Assembly: GCA_016927995.1 (NCBI GenBank)
Contig: JAFGLO010000015.1
Location: 3,847 to 67,846, forward strand
Length of the DNA: 64,000 nt
Direction of reading: 5' to 3'
From: Candidatus Dojkabacteria bacterium
GTDB lineage: Bacteria; Patescibacteriota; Dojkabacteria; JAFGLO01
A program made the position numbers and the translations under genes. Below the pieces are notes generated by a model. It was not told where the DNA came from. It did not search any database and worked only from the letters and a program-made list of their open reading frames with translations. Below, one piece after another: positions 56,252 through 64,000 of this stretch. Positions within the stretch are counted from its first letter, which is position 1. Each line of letters starts with the position of its first letter.

Positions 56252-56587
56252 ATGCTTCTTGTAATGGATAATTTATCAAAGGTTATCAGTACAATAGGGA
56301 AAATTACTGTTGACCAAGGAATTACGGATCCCAACGAATTTGTTAGAAAAGCAATAACAATCGCTGTTTCCGTAGCAGGTATAGTAGCTTTGGTTTACGT
56401 GGTTTTAGGTGGGTATAAATTTTTGATTTCTTCGGGTGATTCAAATAAATACCAGGAGGCTATTCAAACAATAATGTATGCTGTAGTTGGGCTTGTTGTT
56501 GTTGCAATGAGTGGGCTTGTTATAAATTATGTCGGAAAAGTTTTAGGCTTAAAGAATCTCTTTGATTTAAGCTCTCTTCTAAACTAA
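56252..56587 (+). CDS. TrbC/VirB2-like type IV secretion pilin-like membrane protein (paralog 3)
   Basis: ..VAGIVALVYVVLGGYKFLISSGDSNKYQEAIQTIMYAVVGLVVVAMSGLV.. Confidence 0.5.
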   Translation: MLLVMDNLSKVISTIGKITVDQGITDPNEFVRKAITIAVSVAGIVALVYVVLGGYKFLISSGDSNKYQEAIQTIMYAVVGLVVVAMSGLVINYVGKVLGLKNLFDLSSLLN

Positions 56588-56650
56588 CTCTAGAAAACAT
56601 AGAGTATTCATGATACAATACAGACTGATTTTAAATTCTTGTTATGTTTA

Positions 56651-56926
56651 ATGGCAAACTTATACGCAGCAAAAAGAGCAATTCGCACAATTAAAAGACG
56701 ATCCCGTCGGAATCAGGTTTGGAGAAATAAAATAACGTCAGTTGTTAAGGGATTTAAGAAATCCGGCAAAGTAAACGGGGAAGATTTAAAAACTGCATAC
56801 AAGACCCTTGATAAGGCTGCAAAAAATAACGTTATCCATAAGAATAAAGCAGCAAGGTTAAAATCAAGACTTGCAAAGGCTTCTGCCGATGTTAAGTCAA
56901 AGCCTAGTAAATCCAATAAAGCATAA
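56651..56926 (+). CDS. rpsT: 30S ribosomal protein S20
   Basis: MANLYAAKRAIRTIKRRSRRNQ....NNVIHKNKAARLKSRLAKA matches S20 (ANIKSAKKRA...GLIHKNKAARHKS..). Confidence 0.8.
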   Translation: MANLYAAKRAIRTIKRRSRRNQVWRNKITSVVKGFKKSGKVNGEDLKTAYKTLDKAAKNNVIHKNKAARLKSRLAKASADVKSKPSKSNKA

Positions 56927-56946
56927 GTTTTAATTAAGTATACATT

Positions 56947-57414
56947 TTGGATCCTACGGTTACTCCCACAGTTGTTCCTGTTTCAGAAATCGGACAGGTA
57001 TCCTCAGTTCGTCCCGTTGAATTCGTTGATCTCGACCAACAGTTCAAACCAGAAGGTCCTGTAGTGTTTGACCAAGAAGCTCCACAGGCCAAAGCTATTA
57101 AAGCAGAACTTGATCAGCTTAAACAACCATCTCCGGATATAGTGGAACCAATTAAGGACAATCGCCAAACGGATCAAGGAGTTCAGGCAATGGCCCAGAC
57201 GGATCCAAACACACCGGCAGGAGCTCAACCGGTTGTTAGTCCGGCCCAACAAATCTTTGAAGCTGCAATAAAAAATGCTCCTGGGTATCAGTTGTCAGAT
57301 AATGTCATAAGCGCTGCCGATAGGTTCGCACAAGGTCCGGCTCAAGAGGCTGCAACAGCGGCGGGTCTTAAGGCAGGGTCAATTTGGCTTCGCACCCTCA
57401 AGCTTGCCGCCTAA
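56947..57414 (+). CDS. Hypothetical Pro/Gln/Ala-rich protein (TTG start)
   Basis: The ORF is present, but the sequence is low-complexity and the start is uncertain. Confidence 0.3.
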   Translation: MDPTVTPTVVPVSEIGQVSSVRPVEFVDLDQQFKPEGPVVFDQEAPQAKAIKAELDQLKQPSPDIVEPIKDNRQTDQGVQAMAQTDPNTPAGAQPVVSPAQQIFEAAIKNAPGYQLSDNVISAADRFAQGPAQEAATAAGLKAGSIWLRTLKLAA

Positions 57415-57475
57415 GTCCCATTTGCCAGTCATTTCCCTTTAGTATAAAATCAATCATTAGTTTAATACTCTGCCC

Positions 57476-59935
57476 GTGGAGTTTTTATATACAATCGCAC
57501 AGTACGTAAAACCTGTTCCATACAATGATTCTACAAATGATTCCGTTACTACTGCAGCTTCAGCTCTTGATTGGAGCGCTATAATAATTTTTCTTGCCTT
57601 GTTTGTTTTTATCTGTGTACTTGTCGTTGTTGCAATATTAATCTTTGCAAAGAATCAAAGGGAGGAAGATAGAGAGGACAAGTCCCTCGATAGTGTACTT
57701 TATCGAGTAAGAATTGCTCAAAGCAACGAAATTGAAATAGGGGTTGCCGAGCAGTTTTTCTCGAACCTCTACAGTATTGGTAAAAAACAAAAGTTTTGGG
57801 AGCGGCTTTTAAAGGTAAATCCATCAATAAGTCTTGAAATAGTATCGCTTCCGATTGGAATAGATTTTTATATCTATACACCCAGAAAATTTGCAAAACA
57901 CGTGGAAAACCAAATTTTGGCAACATACCAAGTTGCTGAAGTAGAGGAAATATTCGATCACAATATATTTAAAGAGGGTAAACGTGTAGCTGCCGTAGAA
58001 CTTGTTTTGTCCGATGAGCCACATCAACCAATCAAAGTACATGAGGACTTTAAAGGAGACCCGCTTTCCGGTATTTTAAGTGGACTAACCAAAATTCAAG
58101 AAGGAGACGGAGCTTGTCTTCAGATAACAATATCTCCGGCAGATTCTTCTTGGCAGAAGTCGGGGACCAAATTCATCCAAAAGATTAATTCCAATAATGC
58201 CGATCCGGAAAAATCAAGAATAGAAGAGAGTCAGGAAAAGCTCCAGGCAATCGAAAAGAAATGTACTAAAAATGGTTTTTATACTGCAATCCGAATAGTT
58301 GCAACTGCTGATACCGACGATCTGGCAGAAGCCAGAGTAAATGGTATTGCATCTGCGTTCGATCAGTTTTCAAATCCGGGCATTAACTCCTTTAAAAAGA
58401 GAACACCCAAGGGAGCTGAACTAAAGCAATTTATGACCGACTTTATCTATAGAAAAAGTCCAATAGGAAAGAAGAACATACTTAATGTAGCTGAACTTGC
58501 TACAATTTTTCACCTTCCGAACAAGGAAATACAGACACCTTTGTTAAACTGGTTAGGATTTAGAAAGGCTCCACCCGACCCACGAATTCCTGCAGAAGGT
58601 TTGTGGCTGGGTACTTCAGTATATCGTGGCGAGCGTAGACCAGTTGCAATACGTCCGGAAGACCGTAGGCGACACATGTATATAATTGGTAAAACCGGAG
58701 TAGGAAAGTCATGGTTTTTGCAAAACCTTGTTATGCAAGATATCTATGCCGGACATGGAGTTGCGTTTCTCGATCCTCACGGTGATACGGTTGAATGGTT
58801 ACTTAAGAGAATTCCGGCTGATCGGGCCGAAGATGTTATTTATTTTAATGCAGCCGATCATGAACGTCCGGTAGGGTTTAACATAATGGAGTATTACAAC
58901 GAGAGTGATAAGCACTTGGTTGTTAACTCTTTCCTCGGACTTATGTATAAAATGTTTGACCCAAATAACCAGGGTATTGTAGGCCCAATCTTCGAGAGAG
59001 CCGTTCGAAATGTAATGCTTACCGCAATGTCCGAACCGGGTTCAACGTTGGTTGAGGTTGTGCGTATTCTTACCGATGAAGAATGGGTTAAATCATATTG
59101 GCTTCCAAAGGTAAAAGATGATCTGGTAAGACGTTATTGGACCGATCAAATGTCCCAAACCGATAAATTCCATAAATCCGAAGCGCTTGGCTATCTTGTT
59201 TCAAAGTTTGACCGTTTCGTTACAAATGAGCTTATGCGTCATATAATCGGACAATCAAAGTCGGGATTTGATTTTAGGGATGTTATGGATAATAAAAAGA
59301 TTCTCTTGGTAAATCTATCGAAAGGTTTAATAGGTGAAGAAAATGCCGAATTTCTGGGACTTTTAATGATTCCTAGGCTTTTGCGTGCCGCCATGAGTAG
59401 AGCCGATATAGACGAAGAGCAGCGCCAAGATTTTTATCTTTATGTTGATGAATTCCAAAACTTTGCAACGGATAGCTTCGAACAAATATTATCCGAGGCC
59501 CGTAAATATCGACTTAACCTTATTGTTGCAAACCAGTATATTCAGCAGATCGACGAAAAAATCCGCGACGCAATATTTGGAAACATTGGTAGTATTGTAA
59601 GCTTTAAAGTTGGTACTGACGATGCCGAGTATTTGCAAAAGGTATTTGAACCCGTGTTTAACTCACAAGATCTTATTGGTATTGAGGCAATTAACGCCTA
59701 TGCAAGGATTCTTGTTAATAATGAATGGCCACCTGCATTTTCAATGTCTACTTGGTATGATTCCGGAAAATGGGTTTCAAATCCCAAGGTTCGTGATTTG
59801 GCTGTTCAGCTTTCGCGAGTTCGATATGGTGCCGATGTTAATGCAGTTCGTGAAGATATTTCAAGGAGAGCTCATCTTGCCGTTGAAAATGCTCCTCCGG
59901 CAACGGGTGGAATTCCTGGTCTACCAACGTTCTAA
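57476..59935 (+). CDS. VirD4/TraG/TraD-like type IV coupling protein ATPase (membrane-anchored)
   Basis: GTG start. N-terminal TM (AIIIFLALFVFICVLVVVAILIF), Walker A IIGKTGVGKSWFL and Walker B FYLYVDEFQNFATDS, plus ..LIVANQYIQQI.. The FtsK/HerA/T4CP-type P-loop architecture is recognisable. Confidence 0.6.
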   Translation: MEFLYTIAQYVKPVPYNDSTNDSVTTAASALDWSAIIIFLALFVFICVLVVVAILIFAKNQREEDREDKSLDSVLYRVRIAQSNEIEIGVAEQFFSNLYSIGKKQKFWERLLKVNPSISLEIVSLPIGIDFYIYTPRKFAKHVENQILATYQVAEVEEIFDHNIFKEGKRVAAVELVLSDEPHQPIKVHEDFKGDPLSGILSGLTKIQEGDGACLQITISPADSSWQKSGTKFIQKINSNNADPEKSRIEESQEKLQAIEKKCTKNGFYTAIRIVATADTDDLAEARVNGIASAFDQFSNPGINSFKKRTPKGAELKQFMTDFIYRKSPIGKKNILNVAELATIFHLPNKEIQTPLLNWLGFRKAPPDPRIPAEGLWLGTSVYRGERRPVAIRPEDRRRHMYIIGKTGVGKSWFLQNLVMQDIYAGHGVAFLDPHGDTVEWLLKRIPADRAEDVIYFNAADHERPVGFNIMEYYNESDKHLVVNSFLGLMYKMFDPNNQGIVGPIFERAVRNVMLTAMSEPGSTLVEVVRILTDEEWVKSYWLPKVKDDLVRRYWTDQMSQTDKFHKSEALGYLVSKFDRFVTNELMRHIIGQSKSGFDFRDVMDNKKILLVNLSKGLIGEENAEFLGLLMIPRLLRAAMSRADIDEEQRQDFYLYVDEFQNFATDSFEQILSEARKYRLNLIVANQYIQQIDEKIRDAIFGNIGSIVSFKVGTDDAEYLQKVFEPVFNSQDLIGIEAINAYARILVNNEWPPAFSMSTWYDSGKWVSNPKVRDLAVQLSRVRYGADVNAVREDISRRAHLAVENAPPATGGIPGLPTF

Positions 59936-59971
59936 TATGTTACTATCTAAAATCAGTTTGCGTATACATTC

Positions 59972-60502
59972 ATGAGCTCCGAATATAAGCTTAACCCTGC
60001 AGAGGAGAAAATGTATACTAAAGTTTATAAGAGTTACCGAGAGGAGATATTTCGCTTTGTTTATAGCCGGATTCATTCCAGGGAGATAGCAACCGATATT
60101 GCAAGCAAAGTTTTTGTTAAGCTTTTCACAAAATTTAGGACAATTCGTCATGAAACCGTTCGAGCTTGGCTTTATCAGGTCGCCCGTAACGAAATGATCG
60201 ACTACTTTAGAGCTCGAAAGCAAACAGTCTCTTTGGAGGAGGAATTTTTTGAGGATGTATCAAGTGGTGATGATGCCGCAGGTAAAGTGGAAAAAGAAAT
60301 TCAAAGCGACAAACTTAAAAAGATAATGGGCAAACTTTTGCCCAAATCCCGAGAAATCGTAACGCTTAGGGTATATGAAGAGTTAAGCTTTAAAGAGATT
60401 TCCGATGTCATGAATATTACTGAAGGATCTGCCAAAATGATGTATTATAGAGCAATAGATAAATTATCCGAACTTCTAAATGGAGGAAAAGCAGACATAT
60501 AA
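59972..60502 (+). CDS. ECF-type RNA polymerase sigma factor (sigma-70 family, regions 2 and 4)
   Basis: Region 2 (..EEIFRFVYSRIHSREIATDIASKVFVKLF..) and region 4 HTH (..SREIVTLRVYEELSFKEISDVMNITEGSAKMMYYRAIDKL). Confidence 0.8.
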   Translation: MSSEYKLNPAEEKMYTKVYKSYREEIFRFVYSRIHSREIATDIASKVFVKLFTKFRTIRHETVRAWLYQVARNEMIDYFRARKQTVSLEEEFFEDVSSGDDAAGKVEKEIQSDKLKKIMGKLLPKSREIVTLRVYEELSFKEISDVMNITEGSAKMMYYRAIDKLSELLNGGKADI

Positions 60503-61748
60503 ACTAACATTTGGCGAAATCTTCAAAATAGTAAAGATTTGGTTGTTTTTGACAATTATTACTACTGTTTTGATCTCCTTGATGCTTGTTATATTTAAGT
60601 TAGGGGTAACTGTCTCAAAAGAAAATATTGCCTGCGTGGGCGATATTGTAAAAGGTAATTCCCCTGCCGACTATACAAGTTATTACGAGCTTAACGGGTT
60701 TGTTTATCCATTAACCTCAGTAGTAAATAAGGGTGAGCATAAATTTATTGCCGGTTGTGGAGAAGCTAATGGGCTCTTACGCTCAGGTGCATTTTTAGTT
60801 TTAGTAAATGTTCCGGCATGGCTTTTCGTTTCCGTAATTGTTACTTTCCCTGTTGCAGTAACACTTTATCTGATCGAATTAGTAACTCGTGGCACATTCG
60901 TTGAGAAAATCATTGGCTTCCTTGGAAAAGTTAAGCGATTTGCTGGATCAGTCGTTAGAAATGTCTTAAATATAAAGCTTCCGGTGTGGATCTCTTTGGT
61001 TGCAGTTATTGTTATTGCCGGTGGCTTATTTATTGCATACAGTAGCAAAGTTCAATCCAGGTTTAAAGATATATTCGGAAGTTTCCTTGGTACTAGTGAG
61101 GAAGTAGATACACTTAAAGAACAGATATCCGATTTAGAAACTGAGGTAGGAGAGAAGGGAAAATCCGTTGATGATCTAGAGGAAACAATAGAAGAACTTG
61201 AAACTCAGCTTGATAAACTTAAAGCGGGTGAGAGTACAAAAGCAAAAATTTGTGTTACAGGACTTGATAACAGAGCAAAGTGTACTGGTGCAGAGAATAT
61301 ACTTCATCCTTATTCCAGTTCAGGCTTTGATTACAATGACTGGCAAACCATTAATGCTAGCGATATAAACGCAACTTTTAAGTTTCCCAACGGGGAGTAT
61401 TCTACTGATTCGCCTTCCAGCACGGAAACATATTACCAGTTAATGGTCGGAACCGATAGACAGTATCTAATTTCTAGGTTTAGTGATGTAACGGATTTTG
61501 ATGGATTTATAAACGAATTTGTAAACGTGAATGATCCTAATTCCCAAACAGAGTATTCATATATGGTTCGAGATGGTCAGTTTATAATAACGGTTATAAA
61601 CGAAGATTCTGAGGGCACATTATGTATTTCGTTTTTCTTTTCAGGATCTAATGCATATATGTTAGCGTATGGATATTATGGTGATGCAGAACCAGATTAT
61701 ACAGAGTTTTTAATGTTGCTTGATAGTTTTGAAATTGTTACTAATTAA
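60480..61748 (+). CDS. Membrane protein with a coiled-coil segment. Candidate anti-sigma factor or other partner of the ECF sigma.
   Basis: It overlaps the sigma gene's 3' end. N-terminal TM (IWLFLTIITTVLISLMLVIF), further TM segments, a coiled coil (LKEQISDLETEVGEKGKSVDDLEETIEELETQLDKLK) and a C-terminal domain. Confidence 0.35.
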   Translation: MEEKQTYKLTFGEIFKIVKIWLFLTIITTVLISLMLVIFKLGVTVSKENIACVGDIVKGNSPADYTSYYELNGFVYPLTSVVNKGEHKFIAGCGEANGLLRSGAFLVLVNVPAWLFVSVIVTFPVAVTLYLIELVTRGTFVEKIIGFLGKVKRFAGSVVRNVLNIKLPVWISLVAVIVIAGGLFIAYSSKVQSRFKDIFGSFLGTSEEVDTLKEQISDLETEVGEKGKSVDDLEETIEELETQLDKLKAGESTKAKICVTGLDNRAKCTGAENILHPYSSSGFDYNDWQTINASDINATFKFPNGEYSTDSPSSTETYYQLMVGTDRQYLISRFSDVTDFDGFINEFVNVNDPNSQTEYSYMVRDGQFIITVINEDSEGTLCISFFFSGSNAYMLAYGYYGDAEPDYTEFLMLLDSFEIVTN

Positions 61749-61781
61749 TCTAAAAAACGTAATCTATTATAGAAATAACTA

Positions 61782-64000
61782 ATGGCAAAGGTAATGAAAA
61801 AACTTAAAACAATGGTAAAACAGATAAAGGAGGGAGTAAGTAAGTTTGTTATTGTAATGACTTCAAAGGCTAAGGATTTTCTGTCGAAATTTAGGAAGTC
61901 AAAGCCGGTCGATGGCACAAAGTTAAATAACAAAGAAACTTCCGTTGATGCCAAAACGGCAAAAAAAGAGCGCGAGGTTGTTAACTTCCTTAAAAAACAT
62001 AAAACAGTAAAGCCAACAAAAGAAATGCTTTCGTCTTTAGATCAGGCAGTATTTGAATCTACCAAAATAGAAGGAATTAAGCCGCGAAAAACTTTTGAAC
62101 TCGACTTTAAGGGGCTTTTTGCTAACACATATTTTAAATATTCAGTTGCAGTGTTTTCAAGTTTATTCATTTTTCTTTTGGGGCTTTCAATTTTGGGATT
62201 ACCTGTATGGTTGTTTCTTCGAAGATTCTGGGTAAATGTCACAACTAATCCTGTTTATGCACCAATTGAGGTTGTTGCAACGGCTTCAACAAACTATGGT
62301 GTTTCGAGAGGAGCAACGTTTATAATAAAAACTGATGAAGGGGTTGATTCAAGGCTTTTGGCTGAAAGTATAAGTATCTCACCGGAAATTGAATTTGAAA
62401 TTACAACAGAAGGTGAAAGTCTTTTAATTGTCCCGGTAGAAGAACTTTCGGCAGACACAATTTATGTAATTACAGTTCCCAAAGATACCAAGATTTCTTC
62501 GAGTACCAGGCTTGCCGTGGATTTGTCATTTGTATTTGTCACTGAACCGGATTTTAAGGTTACTGGTACAACCCCTCGAAATGGGGTTTCCGGTCCTGCA
62601 GATACTGCCCTTGAAATCGAATTTTCGTATAACAATGTGGTGCTTGATTCGTTTACGCAACGGTTTTATGTAACACCTGCACGTGCCGGTGAGTTTTTAC
62701 AAGTCGATCACAAAATTGTTTTTGTACCTACGGAGCCTTTGGTACCAGGAGTATCATATACATTTGGAGTTACCGATGGAGTTGAAACAGCTGATGGTCG
62801 AGTTTTGGCTAGTGGTGTCGAGAGTACATTTATTGCCACACATCCTAAAGATTATGACATTGAAGTCGGCTATTTTATGCCAACTTTGTGTGCAACGGAT
62901 GGTGAGGGACTTGTTAATACGGTCGACAACTTATCCTCGTGTGATTTTTATGATAATGGATTAACCAAACGAGATGTTACAGCAAAGATCTTTGCAGTAA
63001 CAAAGGAACAGTTGGTTCGTGGGGTTGTGGAATTCTCGAATATGAGGCCGGATTTTGTAGACGGATTAACTCCGGTTTGGAGCACTACCGTTGGTGGTGG
63101 GGATTATGGCAAATATAGCATTAGACCAGGTATTACGGCAGCCGGAATTTACATGCTCGAGCTTTCAATGAGCTTTCCAACGGGGGAAACCTCATATAAT
63201 TACGAATATATTATCGTTAGTGATCTCTCGGCAGTATGGCAACAGTATAACAACTCAAACAATGTTTGGATAACTAATGCCGGAGCAAATGCGGTTATTC
63301 CCAATGCTACCGTTGAAGCTTATGGCGATGATAGTATACAACTTGCTACGGTGCAGACCGACTCAAATGGACTGGCAGCCTTCGATAGTGAGGGTGTAGA
63401 ACTGATAGTCGCTTCAATAGACGGTAAATATGTAACAGTTGCGCCTTCCAGGTATTACTACGGCAATTTCTCTTGGAGAACGGATCTTGTAACAAGTGTT
63501 GTTTTGGATAGGCCGTATTATTCCTATGGTGATAAGGTGCAGTTCAAAGGTATTGTAAGAGATAAAAACACATTACTTACCGTTCCCTTGAATATTAATT
63601 CGATACGTGTCGAAGTTGTTACCCAAATGTACGAGTTTGGTATAAGTAACGAAAAAGTAATTACACAATACAACGTTCCTTTTAATCCAGTAATGGGTAC
63701 CTTCTCCGGGGAATTTTATTTACCTTCAAGTATCTCCGGATCTGTATACTTAAACCTAAAGGTTGGTGACAATATAATTGAATCAAAAAATATCAGTATA
63801 GCGGAGCTCGAGAATGTATCAGAGGTTACATACGAACTCTCAACGAGGACAGAGATTTTTTCACACAAGTCTAGTGTGGATGTTTTTATTGATGGTTATT
63901 ATGCCAATGGGTCGCCAGTACTCTCCGAGATGGTTGATTTAAATGTCTCGGTTAGTAGAGCAATGTTTTACGGAATTCCGGAGGGAACTCTTACTAAGGC
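61782..64000 (+). CDS. Large secreted/membrane-anchored protein with repeated MG-like beta-sandwich domains; possible bacterial alpha-2-macroglobulin family. 3' end lies outside the window.
   Basis: The frame is open from the ATG at 61782 to the window end. N-terminal TM (VAVFSSLFIFLLGLSILGLPVWLFL). ..LDRPYYSYGDKVQFKGIVRDKNTL.. resembles A2M MG-domain motifs. Confidence 0.4.
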   Translation, partial: MAKVMKKLKTMVKQIKEGVSKFVIVMTSKAKDFLSKFRKSKPVDGTKLNNKETSVDAKTAKKEREVVNFLKKHKTVKPTKEMLSSLDQAVFESTKIEGIKPRKTFELDFKGLFANTYFKYSVAVFSSLFIFLLGLSILGLPVWLFLRRFWVNVTTNPVYAPIEVVATASTNYGVSRGATFIIKTDEGVDSRLLAESISISPEIEFEITTEGESLLIVPVEELSADTIYVITVPKDTKISSSTRLAVDLSFVFVTEPDFKVTGTTPRNGVSGPADTALEIEFSYNNVVLDSFTQRFYVTPARAGEFLQVDHKIVFVPTEPLVPGVSYTFGVTDGVETADGRVLASGVESTFIATHPKDYDIEVGYFMPTLCATDGEGLVNTVDNLSSCDFYDNGLTKRDVTAKIFAVTKEQLVRGVVEFSNMRPDFVDGLTPVWSTTVGGGDYGKYSIRPGITAAGIYMLELSMSFPTGETSYNYEYIIVSDLSAVWQQYNNSNNVWITNAGANAVIPNATVEAYGDDSIQLATVQTDSNGLAAFDSEGVELIVASIDGKYVTVAPSRYYYGNFSWRTDLVTSVVLDRPYYSYGDKVQFKGIVRDKNTLLTVPLNINSIRVEVVTQMYEFGISNEKVITQYNVPFNPVMGTFSGEFYLPSSISGSVYLNLKVGDNIIESKNISIAELENVSEVTYELSTRTEIFSHKSSVDVFIDGYYANGSPVLSEMVDLNVSVSRAMFYGIPEGTLTK

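Noticed and set aside
1-64000. Alternative genetic code (e.g. UGA recoding, as in some CPR lineages)
   Set aside because: rpoC and other conserved genes terminate cleanly at TGA, and long conserved ORFs are uninterrupted under code 11, so the standard bacterial code fits.

Overview
Low-GC (~38-40%) bacterial chromosome segment using the standard genetic code; TGA, TAA and TAG all terminate clearly recognisable genes. The gene content and its order are consistent with a small-genome Gram-positive-like or Patescibacteria/CPR-type organism, but that placement is inference only. The housekeeping backbone can be read directly from the translations: groEL 3' end, rpoB-rpoC-rpsL-rpsG, rpoD, lepA, recF, miaA, hrcA-grpE-dnaK, dnaJ, holA, ruvX/yqgF, ftsK, a rodZ-like gene, comFC, trxA, folD, glyA, rpsT and an ECF sigma factor. 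Several accessory features sit between these genes. (1) Components of a Gram-positive-type type IV secretion / conjugation-like apparatus are dispersed across the window: three paralogous VirB2/TrbC-like pilins, a PrgI/VirB3-like two-TM protein, a VirB4 ATPase that is split into two ORFs with a Q/P-rich repeat linker, and a VirD4/TraG-like coupling ATPase. (2) PilN/PilO-like genes sit where fusA-tuf would normally follow rpsG. (3) At 413-6810 there is an unannotatable cassette of three paralogous hydrophobic 'P' proteins interleaved with two paralogous 103-aa helical 'S' proteins, ending in a 1098-aa protein with central TM helices, a Pro-rich linker, a distinct C-terminal domain and an acidic 144-aa downstream ORF; the first P copy is interrupted by an in-frame TAA. 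This is the best candidate in the window for an undescribed effector-like system. (4) A sortase, an LCP family protein and two large surface proteins are present, one of which carries repeated Cys-rich HCSNG..DETGVDCGG modules. (5) Three striking non-coding elements are visible: a 29-bp perfect inverted repeat enclosing 131 nt (34716-34904), a 20-bp perfect inverted repeat enclosing 244 nt (42730-43013), and a ~120-bp tandem array (3.6 copies) upstream of ruvX with an inverted partial copy immediately downstream of ruvX. A good CIRCE operator abuts hrcA. No tRNA, rRNA or CRISPR was found.
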